Positions 27,950 through 37,377 of a DNA stretch of 64,000 nucleotides are shown piece after piece. The stretch is from a virus. Lineage: Duplodnaviria; Caudoviricetes. The stretch spans positions 1 to 64,000 of the IMG/VR virus record IMGVR_UViG_3300045596_000094; one strand, given 5' to 3'. Each line of letters begins with the position of its first letter. Positions within the stretch are counted from its first letter, which is position 1. The translations under genes and the position numbers were made by a program. The notes below the pieces were generated by a model, which saw only the letters and a list, made by a program, of their open reading frames with translations, was not told where the DNA came from and did not search any database.

Positions 27950-28660
27950 TTATTGCTGACACATCCATTCTTTACATGGACTGATCCACATTTTCTTTAT
28001 AGCTAAACCTTGACGTTCCGCAGGGGTCATTTTCAGGTAAGCTTCATGTTCCAGTCGTTTGCGCTCAGTCTCTTCCTCTGCCTTGCGTTTACGTTCAGCT
28101 TCAACCTTCTTCGCTTCCTCCTCTTTACGAATACGTTTTTCCTCAGCTCTTTTAGCTTCAGCAGCTTCCGCTTCTTCCTGAGCCCTAATTTCTTCAGCAG
28201 TTGGTCGAGAATCACGCTCATCCGCATGTGCGGCGGTGGCGGCAACCGCTAAACCAACTAACGCACCGACAGCAGCCGCTGTACCGTCACCAGAAGAACT
28301 AGAACTAGAACTACTGCTACTACGTGATGGACTTGAACTGTAAGACGAAGAACTACTAGAGCTTGATCTAGTAGAAGAGCTACTGCTACGAGTATTACTA
28401 ACGCTGGAACTACTTGAGGGTTTTGGAGAACTCACGTATGTGGAGCTGCTCGTAGGTTTACTTGGCGTATAACTTGGTTTCGAAGTAGACGAGTTATAGC
28501 TAGATGATGCTGACTCATAGCGGGAAGAACGTGTAGACCCACTACTAAACCGATTAGAAGAAGAACTACTGGAGCTACTATAATTAGTGCCAGCCATCAC
28601 GCCAGTTGGCGCGCCAATTGCTAGAATGATCGATAATGTAATCGAGATTAAATGTTTCAT
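27950..28660 (-). CDS. secreted or membrane Ser-rich protein with charged coiled coil
   Basis: Signal peptide, about 100 aa Ser-rich tract, hydrophobic GTAAAVGALVGLAVAATAAHA, E/K/R/A-rich helix. Confidence 0.8.
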   Translation of the reverse strand: MKHLISITLSIILAIGAPTGVMAGTNYSSSSSSSSNRFSSGSTRSSRYESASSSYNSSTSKPSYTPSKPTSSSTYVSSPKPSSSSSVSNTRSSSSSTRSSSSSSSSYSSSPSRSSSSSSSSSSGDGTAAAVGALVGLAVAATAAHADERDSRPTAEEIRAQEEAEAAEAKRAEEKRIRKEEEAKKVEAERKRKAEEETERKRLEHEAYLKMTPAERQGLAIKKMWISPCKEWMCQQ

Positions 28661-29362
28661 TTAGGTCATCCCTTTAACATCAAGATATTTATAAGCATTT
28701 TCAAAATGTCGATTAATCATGTCTTTCTGATAATCACCATTTTGAACGGCTTCCATGGCTTCTTTGTTATCTTCACGAAGATTCTTGAGATTGAACACAC
28801 CACCTGAACTATACTTCCTACGACATTCATCTTCGTCTTCCAGTAAACGATCGAAAATAGCATTGAGTTCAACAAACTTGGAATAAGCTTGATCCCGCCA
28901 TTTGATTTCTTCTTTTGCCAATCGTTTCTTTTCAATTTGCTTATGAACTAAAACAATTGCTCCGAGGATAAGACCACCTGCCAAGACTAAACATAATCCC
29001 CAAATCATAAATGACCAAAAGCGTTTCATAAAGGCTTCATGTGCCAGCCTTTCTTCTTCAGCTTTCTTGGCAGCTATGCGTGCATTCTTTTCCTTCTCTA
29101 ATTGGTTTACTTTATTTTCATAAACCTTATATTCAACTGAAGGTTGTAGACTACCCGCATATTCGATTTTGATTACTTCCAACATATAGCGGTTCGCAAC
29201 AATGGAATCAGGATGGACTTTCAATACTTCCTGCAATTGTGTTTTCGCTTTTGCGTAGTCACCACTATTAATAGTGCTTTCTACATCAGTAACGGATGGA
29301 ACAGCAAGTGCAGCTAAACTGCACAGGCTGAGTATGATAAACAGAGAGAGTTGTTTAATCAT
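28661..29362 (-). CDS. signal peptide, TPR-like domain and TM protein
   Basis: ALA signal cleavage motif; INSGDYAKAKTQLQEVLKVHPDS TPR-like; TM near residues 115-139. Confidence 0.75.
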   Translation of the reverse strand: MIKQLSLFIILSLCSLAALAVPSVTDVESTINSGDYAKAKTQLQEVLKVHPDSIVANRYMLEVIKIEYAGSLQPSVEYKVYENKVNQLEKEKNARIAAKKAEEERLAHEAFMKRFWSFMIWGLCLVLAGGLILGAIVLVHKQIEKKRLAKEEIKWRDQAYSKFVELNAIFDRLLEDEDECRRKYSSGGVFNLKNLREDNKEAMEAVQNGDYQKDMINRHFENAYKYLDVKGMT

Positions 29363-29366
29363 TAAT

Positions 29367-30017
29367 TTATTTCCCTTCTACTTCATTACCTAAGAGTTCG
29401 TCCATAGATAAAACAGCACCCTTCTTCTGATATGCTAAAACATCAGAGTTATCATTTGCTTTACGCTCACGACGACGAGCTTCAGCAACAGCACTATCTG
29501 TTTCAGACTGTTCAATAACATCTGCCAAAGGACCTTTAGAAAGACTTTGATGTACGTCTTCTACTTTGCCATTGGCTTTACCAACCAACTGTTTGCTTGC
29601 TGCTTTACCGAGTTGATTTTTAGCATCGTTAGTGTCCTGTTCTAGACGAGCAATGGAAGTGTCAAGATCTGCTACCTGATTACGAAGATCTAGCTCGTTT
29701 TCGATTAACTGATCTAAAATCGTTTGTTCAGCCATGTATGCGCGATATGCTTTTTGTTTTAGTTCTTCATTTCCTTCTGCAGCATGGTGTTTAACTGCAT
29801 CGGTGAATTTAGAAACATTTTCTTTAGCTATGGTGATTTTAGACTCTAAGAGAATTCCTTGACCAGCCAACTGATTGCGTTGCGAACGAATATCTTCAAT
29901 TTTATTTTTCACTTGATGGATATGTTCGTTACCTGCGTAACGTAGATCTACTGCCTGGTTGCTCTTAACACGGAAGAAGCCAAGGATTGAGAGCAAGAGA
30001 TTTTTTAAGAATGACAT
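29367..30017 (-). CDS. pspA: PspA/IM30 (ESCRT-III superfamily) protein
   Basis: 216 aa; amphipathic N-terminus MSFLKNLL, A.D, and GNEEL...A hairpin turn in register with E. coli PspA; long heptad helices. Confidence 0.75.
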   Translation of the reverse strand: MSFLKNLLLSILGFFRVKSNQAVDLRYAGNEHIHQVKNKIEDIRSQRNQLAGQGILLESKITIAKENVSKFTDAVKHHAAEGNEELKQKAYRAYMAEQTILDQLIENELDLRNQVADLDTSIARLEQDTNDAKNQLGKAASKQLVGKANGKVEDVHQSLSKGPLADVIEQSETDSAVAEARRRERKANDNSDVLAYQKKGAVLSMDELLGNEVEGK

Positions 30018-30029
30018 GTTAAGTTTACC

Positions 30030-30227
30030 TTATTTGGTTTTGTTCGGGGAGGAATCCCAGCTAATGATTTGTTTGGAATCGTGAGCAGCACGCACGCTAA
30101 ACGCGATGTCTGCCTATAATAATTTCGAAGGAACTTCAACAACCTGTTCCTTTATAGTTCCATCAGGTAATGGAATCCGGGCTTTTACCTTAGTGGTAAT
30201 TGTAGGTTCTACTGTTTTATTTGGCAT
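30030..30227 (-). pseudogene. 65-codon gene with one internal TAG (30114-30116)
   Basis: GGAG RBS; MPNKTVEPTITTKVKARIPLPDGTIKEQVVEVPSKLL*ADIAFSVRAAHDSKQIISWDSSPNKTK*; final TAA overlaps the pspA RBS. Confidence 0.55.
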
Positions 30228-30630
30228 GTTTCTCCGAGCCGTTGGCGACTCGCCCCGATTCTAAGATAGGGATACCTGCCTCTGTAGGGATGTACACGAT
30301 TTGCTGAATGTTCTCTTTCTGAACAGCTTCTGCAAATGCACCCATGAACTCCTGAGTGCGGTACTCCGGATATTTTTGGGCAGCTTCACCCATAATCTTA
30401 ATAGCAGCAGCACGTTCGACAGCCGCTTCGCGTTCTGCTTGAGCCTGTGTTACTAAAATTTGACGTTCTTGATTGGCGCGAGCGAGAGAAGCTTTACCTA
30501 CTTGCTGTTGCTGCCAAACCATTAGAAACGGTTTGAGTAAAATAAAGTAAAAGCACATAAGGACAATAGTCAATATAATCCAAACTTTAGCTTTAGATAA
30601 CATCTTCATGAAATCTTCAAAATCGTACAT
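30217..30630 (-). CDS. TM protein with SPFH (stomatin/prohibitin)-type C-terminal coiled coil
   Basis: TM, VWQQ...G.A.LA.A, AQAEREAA..RA.AI..GEA...YP.Y, IVYIPTEAGIPILE. Confidence 0.7.
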   Translation of the reverse strand: MYDFEDFMKMLSKAKVWIILTIVLMCFYFILLKPFLMVWQQQQVGKASLARANQERQILVTQAQAEREAAVERAAAIKIMGEAAQKYPEYRTQEFMGAFAEAVQKENIQQIVYIPTEAGIPILESGRVANGSEKHAK

Positions 30631-30632
30631 AT

Positions 30633-30932
30633 TTACAAACCTCTAAATGTATTTTCGGTGGTGAGAAAGATTAGAACTAGGAAATGATCTGAAAGCTCTA
30701 TGGTTAAAGTTCCAGTGTAGCCATCGCGTACTGCTGCCTTAATGCGTCGTCGTGTAAAGAAACCTACACGACGCCCTTTACTAATCATAATGTAGCTTAA
30801 GATTCGACGATAGCACTTCTTATAACCTGACTTTTCAGTAACGGCATTACCACCATCTATAGTGAGACTACGACTAACCCCACCCTGTCCTTGCGTAAGG
30901 GTTTGACGAATATTGATTTCGGTAGTGATCAT
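30633..30932 (-). CDS. hypothetical basic protein
   Basis: 99 aa ORF. Confidence 0.65.
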   Translation of the reverse strand: MITTEINIRQTLTQGQGGVSRSLTIDGGNAVTEKSGYKKCYRRILSYIMISKGRRVGFFTRRRIKAAVRDGYTGTLTIELSDHFLVLIFLTTENTFRGL

Positions 30933-30944
30933 AAACGCAACCCT

Positions 30945-31547
30945 TTACCACGAGGTTAATCGCTTACGAAGACGACCCAGCCATGTTGATTCTTTCTGTC
31001 TTGTCCGAATGGTCTCTTTCTGATACTCTCGGATTCTAGACGGAATATCAGATTTGCAGATAACTTCAAATATAAATAATCCGATCTTATCTGCTTGATA
31101 AGGGTATTGGAAACCCAGACCTTCATTGAGGCTTTTTGCTAATTCCATTTGAAATTCTGTAATTAACCATCTTGGAACACCTAATGTCGGTTTAAAGATA
31201 GGGTCGAATGCTTCCAGATACGTAAGTAGAAACGCACCAGCAATAGTTCTACCTAGGATATACCTATACTTTTTATGCGATACACCAACACCCGTAAAAG
31301 GACCTTTTTGTTCTTCAACCGCGAACATAATCTTCGAGCCTTCGAACTCATACGGTAGAGGGCAAAGAATAGTCACCATAGAAACTGAGCTAGCCTTTTC
31401 ACGCCACATACTGCCCAGTTTTAAATGAATGGGTTCTTTCAAAATTGGGTCAGTAACATTGAGTACCTTTTCAGATTCTCCTATTTTGAGGTTAATAGAA
31501 ATCGCTTCTTGCAATAGATTGTTTAAATCACGATTATCAACTGACAT
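30945..31547 (-). CDS. hypothetical protein
   Basis: 200 aa ORF, AAGGTG RBS. Confidence 0.75.
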   Translation of the reverse strand: MSVDNRDLNNLLQEAISINLKIGESEKVLNVTDPILKEPIHLKLGSMWREKASSVSMVTILCPLPYEFEGSKIMFAVEEQKGPFTGVGVSHKKYRYILGRTIAGAFLLTYLEAFDPIFKPTLGVPRWLITEFQMELAKSLNEGLGFQYPYQADKIGLFIFEVICKSDIPSRIREYQKETIRTRQKESTWLGRLRKRLTSW

Positions 31548-31596
31548 TGATTCACCTTTTATTTAATTTTATTTCATAGTTAACTAAACGCTATCA

Positions 31597-32469
31597 TTAA
31601 TTACAGAGTCTATCTAAAAGGTTCAATAAACGATAACCAAAGATATATCCAAGGTCATCCATTAGGGCATCAACTGATTCTCTATCTAAAGGTTGGATAC
31701 GGTAATCTTCAGGATATAAGCCAATTTCAACATCTGTCTTAATTTTAGTTAAAACACGATCTAGTTTCAGAGATTCCAAAGATGAACCGATTAAGTGAGG
31801 GGTTCTCCCAACCATGTTAGGTAGGTTATCCACTATACCATCGATAGATCCAAATTGACTGAGAAGATTAGAAGCGGTTTTAGCACCTACACCCTGCACA
31901 CCTTGAACCCCATCAGCTACATCACCGACCAACGCCAAGTAATCTACGACCTGTTCGGGATAGACACCCATTTTACTTTTCACATCCTCACGACCGAATC
32001 GCATTCCAGTGAAAGGGTTCTCAATTACAATCCCTTGATCTACTAACTGGAACATATCCTTATCGCCCGTAGAGACAATAACAAAATATCCTTCTGATGC
32101 TGCCTGTAAAGCAATTGTGCCAATCAGATCATCTCCCTCATAGCCATCACGAACAACCACCTGCATGCCGAGTGCTGAGAAAGCTGCTAGCATGTAAGGT
32201 ATTTGTGCGGTGAGTTCTTCTGGCGGAGGGCTTCGATGTGCTTTATAGCGGCTAGATAATTGATGTCGGAACGTAGGTGTACCTGAGTCAAATACGATAG
32301 CTACTCGGGTTGGTTCGATCTGTTCTAGGACTCTACGAAATGTCGCCATACTGGTTTTTACAGCATTAACAGGAATACCACCAAAGGAGTATTCCAGATC
32401 GCTTCCTCGAAACGTACGATGGAGATAATAAGAACCATCGACTACAAGAAATGGTTGTTTCAAAGACAT
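31597..32469 (-). CDS. 5'-3' exonuclease / flap endonuclease (Pol I N-terminal domain-like)
   Basis: VDGSYY..R, VFD, TFRH, YKA.R, EGDD.IGT, STGDKD..QL, LVGD..D, GVG.KTA (H3TH). Confidence 0.92.
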   Translation of the reverse strand: MSLKQPFLVVDGSYYLHRTFRGSDLEYSFGGIPVNAVKTSMATFRRVLEQIEPTRVAIVFDSGTPTFRHQLSSRYKAHRSPPPEELTAQIPYMLAAFSALGMQVVVRDGYEGDDLIGTIALQAASEGYFVIVSTGDKDMFQLVDQGIVIENPFTGMRFGREDVKSKMGVYPEQVVDYLALVGDVADGVQGVQGVGAKTASNLLSQFGSIDGIVDNLPNMVGRTPHLIGSSLESLKLDRVLTKIKTDVEIGLYPEDYRIQPLDRESVDALMDDLGYIFGYRLLNLLDRLCN

Positions 32470-32556
32470 AATGAATCCTGTTAAAAATATTCTACTATAT
32501 AAATAAAGAAACACTTTATTTAAAACTCAATGATATGAATTGAAATATAAAGAAGC

Positions 32557-33783
32557 GTGACTATTATGGCTGTTTTACTAAAAGAGATTTTTAATGAAGC
32601 GTCCAAACACATTAAGTTCGATCAAAAGCTAGCAAAGAAAATCCACACTTATGTTGCTGGATTAATGAATCGTAATGAAGACCACGTCATGTTCTTCGGT
32701 TCTAACTTAACTGGACTATACCCATTGCGTTTTAAGACTGGGGATCGTAATGAATGGTTTGTGGATATTAAAGACATTGATGGATTCGCAATCAAGAAAC
32801 GAGTACGTGAGGAATCTATTATTGATGAATCTTGGGAACGCGCTACTGACGTCTTCAACTTAGATACCCTATATACGGTTCATCGTTTTTTAAACGCACC
32901 TCTCTCTGAACGTGAGAAACAAAAAGCAATCCACGATACGTTAATGGCGTTGAACATTAAATTAATGGGTTCAATCATGGCGCGTTATTTCCCTTATCCA
33001 TGTGACGAAGCTGTAGCCTTAGAAGTCTATAGTCGTCTCTCTAAGAAATTCCATATCAAGAAATATGGTAATTGGAGAGGGGTGTTAGAGAACCGTGCTG
33101 ATGATATCGTTTCGGTGGGTTCTAAATGGTTACCTGTACTAAAAGACTTCAATGATGATGCTGAACTTGCCCAATGTATTTCAGACATCCAAGGTCGTTT
33201 AAGATCGATGATCAAATATATCTGGGATGTGTTGGAAAAAGTGAAGCTGGATCAAGCTAAATTCAATAGAACCTCTATGTCTATCGATGCTGGCGGAGAG
33301 AAGGTACTCCAAGAACTGAAACGTGATTCAGATAGTTATAAAGACTATGCCCATAAAGTGGTGTTAGATGAACATACCTTTATTAAGCCCGAGTTAGTGA
33401 CGATTATTGATGCTGAAATGAAGACCATGCCAGTTAAACTCATGGTAGATTGTTTAAAGCATATGTGTTTACTGGCAAATAATGATGATAAACTTCTGGA
33501 TCAGTTGTTGGACGATATCATCGAGCATGCAATCAACACTATTCGAGATGATCGCTCTGCAGGGCGTAACATGCATGACTTGTCTTGGATTCTCCGTAAA
33601 GAGAAGCTGTTAATCACAGCACCAAAAACCACATCCGAGTTGGTTTTCTCTATGCGAGACAAGACGGAAGTCATTGTTCGCAAAGCAGCTAAGACTAAAA
33701 ACGCTACAATCATCGCAGCAATTAAAACTGGGATCTGTTTGTACGTGATTGGTCGTACGTTTGCAATGAAACATTACGATTAG
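32557..33783 (+). CDS. conserved phiKZ-like protein, probable virion component
   Basis: N.N.DH..FFG.NL.G...RF...DR..WF motif recalled from phiKZ-related phages; near terminase; TATG at 32534. Confidence 0.6.
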   Translation: MTIMAVLLKEIFNEASKHIKFDQKLAKKIHTYVAGLMNRNEDHVMFFGSNLTGLYPLRFKTGDRNEWFVDIKDIDGFAIKKRVREESIIDESWERATDVFNLDTLYTVHRFLNAPLSEREKQKAIHDTLMALNIKLMGSIMARYFPYPCDEAVALEVYSRLSKKFHIKKYGNWRGVLENRADDIVSVGSKWLPVLKDFNDDAELAQCISDIQGRLRSMIKYIWDVLEKVKLDQAKFNRTSMSIDAGGEKVLQELKRDSDSYKDYAHKVVLDEHTFIKPELVTIIDAEMKTMPVKLMVDCLKHMCLLANNDDKLLDQLLDDIIEHAINTIRDDRSAGRNMHDLSWILRKEKLLITAPKTTSELVFSMRDKTEVIVRKAAKTKNATIIAAIKTGICLYVIGRTFAMKHYD

Positions 33784-33787
33784 ACGG

Positions 33788-33831
33788 CATAAATCCTTTA
33801 CTCCCCGTAAAGGGAGTAAAGGGGGTTTATG
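33788..33831. terminator. bidirectional terminator flanked by CATAAA and TTTATG
   Basis: CCTTTACTCCC-CGTAAA-GGGAGTAAAGG between convergent genes. Confidence 0.8.
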
Positions 33832-34272
33832 TTATCGTACGTGTTCCGATAAATCTAGAACAACTTTATCCCCATTTAGAGGATCATGGACTTTATTGGT
33901 TTTTGCATCAAAGCGTAAACCAATTTTTTCCAGTGTGTCTGGTGTCGCATCCATGAATAAGACAATGTTGTCTTTATCAGCAACCATATACATTCGATAA
34001 AACTCAAATAAGTTTCGATAACTAATACCAACCAACCCTACACCCATACCTGTAGTCGGGGTGGTTAGGATTTGTAAGTCAGCTGGAAGCTGCTCACGAT
34101 ATTCATCGAAATCGTAACTAGGGAAGCTACCAGAAATGGTATTTTCTACTTCTTTAAGTTTAAGGTCCTTTGTCTTTTCGACGTGGCGTCCAAACTCGTC
34201 ACACGTCATGTCAAGTTTGAAATGTCCATAGATGAAATTCATCTGCATACTCCCAGAGATCGGCGTTTTCAC
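33832..34272 (-). CDS. hypothetical protein
   Basis: 146 aa ORF. Confidence 0.7.
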   Translation of the reverse strand: MKTPISGSMQMNFIYGHFKLDMTCDEFGRHVEKTKDLKLKEVENTISGSFPSYDFDEYREQLPADLQILTTPTTGMGVGLVGISYRNLFEFYRMYMVADKDNIVLFMDATPDTLEKIGLRFDAKTNKVHDPLNGDKVVLDLSEHVR

Positions 34273-34660
34273 ATAGGATATCTTTCTCCTCTGTGATCCA
34301 TTCTAATATATTCGCCAGTTCTCTTCGAGTCCTGATCTGATCACTATAACCCTTACGGATACGTTTACCATTATGCAACCCAGTTACATGGTATTCAACC
34401 CATAAAGCCCCTTTACTGGTTCTAATGGAAACCACCCGGGTAGTTCTTTCGTAAAAGTATATCGCAATATTTGTAAACCCTGCTACGCGTTTTCCCATCA
34501 TAGTCCAATTGTCATCTAGAGAAAGTTTATAGTCTTTCCCTTTTGGTTTATGGGAACCATAATGTTCACGAAGTAAAAGATTAAGTTGCTTATACAGCTT
34601 CATCACAGCGTCTGTTTCTGTATGTAAAAGTGTTTCTGGAGATTTAGGTTTAGTAATCAT
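34211..34660 (-). CDS. hypothetical protein
   Basis: 149 aa ORF. Confidence 0.65.
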   Translation of the reverse strand: MITKPKSPETLLHTETDAVMKLYKQLNLLLREHYGSHKPKGKDYKLSLDDNWTMMGKRVAGFTNIAIYFYERTTRVVSIRTSKGALWVEYHVTGLHNGKRIRKGYSDQIRTRRELANILEWITEEKDILCENADLWEYADEFHLWTFQT

Positions 34661-34713
34661 TCTTACATTACCAATAAGTGCTTTCTATATTAATTTAAGA
34701 CATATATTAAAAA

Positions 34714-34744
34714 GTATTGGGACGAGGCGAACCCCATCCCATAC
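34714..34744 (-). terminator. UUCG hairpin terminator with T-tract and TATGT
   Basis: GTATGGGATGGGG-TTCG-CCTCGTCCCAATAC-TTTTT after stop at 34748. Confidence 0.7.
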
Positions 34745-34747
34745 CTT

Positions 34748-35125
34748 TTACGCTTCTGGATCGAAATACCGTTCTAAATGAATACCTGCAATGAAATTCA
34801 AAACAAGTTGAGGATCGATAGACCGCCCTTCAATCAGTTCGGGGTAAGAATTTTCCCAAGTTTCAACTACCTGGTCATTCTTAAAGTGGGTTAACCTCAC
34901 CCTATACAGTAGCTTCACCTTATCTGGAATATAGAAACGTTTGAAACGGACACGATGTGCAATTTCATCTACATGTACTGTATATGTGGTGTCTGGATCA
35001 TTGGTTGCTAGTTTGAGATAAAGACGATTATCCGTTAAGGAAATGTCGACATCCGATCCACCGCGGATCAACCAGAAAAGGCTAGTTCTAAAATGTCTCA
35101 GCTGTTTGGCTAATAACTTATACAT
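34748..35125 (-). CDS. hypothetical protein downstream of terminase
   Basis: 125 aa ORF. Confidence 0.7.
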   Translation of the reverse strand: MYKLLAKQLRHFRTSLFWLIRGGSDVDISLTDNRLYLKLATNDPDTTYTVHVDEIAHRVRFKRFYIPDKVKLLYRVRLTHFKNDQVVETWENSYPELIEGRSIDPQLVLNFIAGIHLERYFDPEA

Positions 35126-35166
35126 AGCGACTTCTCACGGTATCCGTTTGCTACCTACATATTATC

Positions 35167-37377
35167 TTAAATGAAGCTGTAGCGTGCACCTGATGCGGTT
35201 ATAGGTTTATTGTAAGGGGAATCATCACCACCATACTTACGTTCTTGTAATCTAGCATCACGAGCATCACGAGCATTATTAATTAGGCTAGCCACAGTAG
35301 AACTACCAAGCTGTTCAGAATCTAAACGTCTAGAAAGTTGCATGATTAAAACTTCTAATCGTTCGGCATTGATATAGTCGTTCTCTACTTCCAAACGAGA
35401 AAGGTTCTCTTGGATTCTGCGTTGTAGATCGTCTTGTTCGGCGTTCTTAGCAACATCCCACCCAGTAACAACCTTAGTTGCCTTCTCACGCTCAGCAATA
35501 GAGCGAGCTCTACCAGCTGGGTTCATGATACCATAGAAATCAAGATTTCTAGAGTGTAGTAACATCCACACACCCAGCAACCAAGCAATTACCATATCGT
35601 CATGACCTTTAGATGGGTGATCAATACGGTCATTTTTGATGACTAATTGTGAGATCTCAGTACACAGGGCATTATCTTTCAATATGTGCCCCGCCAACTC
35701 TGCTGCTCGGGTGAGGGTCTTATACAGCCCATCACGGGAATGTTTACCAGCACCGCTGGTGCCAAAACCAAAACGATTCTTATAACGATCCACGACGTTA
35801 GGTTGCCAAGTCTGTGGTTCTCGATGAACGAATCTAAAGTCTTCATCAGATAAATGTAAACCGTCGTCAACAATAGTGTTATAGATACGTTTGAACGGGT
35901 TGATATTTAAAGCAACCAGTTTCAACAATAGACCATCGATCAAGGTTACACCCACTGACTTACGTTCAGGAATAGTAATAATGTTTGGATACTGAACCAT
36001 TAGATCTGCAAACCAGTCAATGAAGCGATATACGTTTGTCTCACTAATAGCGACGGTGAAGATCACCTCTAGGGTTTCTGCATCTTGTAACACCATGGTG
36101 ATACTATCCTTACCAACCGCTTCAGACGTATCATTACCTAAGATAAATTTGCCATTAGATAGTCTTTCAGGAATATCTTGTTTATCAACGTACCATTGGA
36201 TGGTATAATAAGCGTCTGTAAGCTCCATGTAATTGGATGTATCCTGCACGCCTGCACGGATAATATCTAATACTTTCTGATCTAGTGGAGAACTTAAAGA
36301 ACCAGTAGTCCAACGATTCATATAGTCACGATCAGCCTCCGCCCCTTTGGAGTTAGAGTCAGCCATTTTCTTATATAACCATTCATCTGTATAGCCCAAT
36401 TGACGATGGGATAAACAGATATAAACCATTGGTTTATCGCCCTTAGAGTTCTTCTGAACAATAAGGTGAGCGTCTGATTCATCTTTAGCATCATAGAGTG
36501 CGCGTTCATCAAATATCATACCCCCAGTAAACATGTCATACATGTATTTACCTTCCAAGGTATCCAACTTACCTGCGGTAGTTGTGAAGATGTTCCCGTA
36601 GAAAGAGTTGTTCTTTCTCGCATTCTCACGAGCGGCATTGGCAGATGATAGGAAAGCTGGGATAGTAACGTGGATGAATTTACAGAATGGACCCTCATCT
36701 ACTTGGTTTGATTCAGATGTTGATCCACGACCTAAGTTAAGTGCTTGGGCTTCTGAGTTCTGAGCCACACCAGTGGCAAATTTATTACCATGGGCTGTAA
36801 TTGAAATACCGTATTGGTTATTCGTATCTATATTCTTCTGATACGGGTTCAGATATAGCGGTAACGCGTCCCTCATGTCTTTCAGACGTTGTACGTTCTT
36901 CGTTCGAAGATCATGGTCTTTTGTAATTAACGAGAAAGTCGCGTTCCTTCCTGCTACCTGAGACACATAGGTGTTGATTCCGTCGGCACCCACCGACTTA
37001 CCTGTTTGTCGTGGTTGAATCAGTGCAGAATCGATATGGTTAAAATAACACCAATAGATACCGATGTTACCTCGGTTTGCTCGTAGTGGGTCAGGGACAT
37101 CAGAACCTGATGAAGGTAGGCGAAATACTTCTCTGAAGAAATACCATGGATTGTATTTACATTCTACAATAATCTTCGCCATGATTTCAGGGCTGAGGTT
37201 TGGATCATAGGGATCTACCCCCTGCAATTCTGGTTGCATTAAAGCCAGATGGAAGAAGTAGTTCTTGATACCAAGTTGACGGAACTTATCAGCTAACGCA
37301 ACAAAAGAGCGGTTTTTCGTTTTTGTGTCTGGAATTGCCCGAGGGTATCGCTTCCAGTCATCGGCGAATAAAATCAT
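35167..37377 (-). CDS. terminase large subunit (phiKZ gp25-like)
   Basis: Walker A QPRQTGKS, Walker B QVDE, FTTTAG, nuclease GNDTSEAVGKD and GHDDMV; N-terminus MILF..DW..YP.A typical of phiKZ-like terminases. Confidence 0.92.
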   Translation of the reverse strand: MILFADDWKRYPRAIPDTKTKNRSFVALADKFRQLGIKNYFFHLALMQPELQGVDPYDPNLSPEIMAKIIVECKYNPWYFFREVFRLPSSGSDVPDPLRANRGNIGIYWCYFNHIDSALIQPRQTGKSVGADGINTYVSQVAGRNATFSLITKDHDLRTKNVQRLKDMRDALPLYLNPYQKNIDTNNQYGISITAHGNKFATGVAQNSEAQALNLGRGSTSESNQVDEGPFCKFIHVTIPAFLSSANAARENARKNNSFYGNIFTTTAGKLDTLEGKYMYDMFTGGMIFDERALYDAKDESDAHLIVQKNSKGDKPMVYICLSHRQLGYTDEWLYKKMADSNSKGAEADRDYMNRWTTGSLSSPLDQKVLDIIRAGVQDTSNYMELTDAYYTIQWYVDKQDIPERLSNGKFILGNDTSEAVGKDSITMVLQDAETLEVIFTVAISETNVYRFIDWFADLMVQYPNIITIPERKSVGVTLIDGLLLKLVALNINPFKRIYNTIVDDGLHLSDEDFRFVHREPQTWQPNVVDRYKNRFGFGTSGAGKHSRDGLYKTLTRAAELAGHILKDNALCTEISQLVIKNDRIDHPSKGHDDMVIAWLLGVWMLLHSRNLDFYGIMNPAGRARSIAEREKATKVVTGWDVAKNAEQDDLQRRIQENLSRLEVENDYINAERLEVLIMQLSRRLDSEQLGSSTVASLINNARDARDARLQERKYGGDDSPYNKPITASGARYSFI

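Noticed and set aside
28290-28585. Tandem DNA repeat or phase-variable tract
   Set aside because: Low complexity is explained by mixed Ser codons; no clean repeat unit
11187-30116. Stop-codon reassignment (alternative genetic code)
   Set aside because: The three internal stops are all different, and TAA, TAG and TGA all end intact core genes; long genes show no fragmentation
34748-35125. Small terminase subunit
   Set aside because: Only adjacency supports it; no recognisable motif
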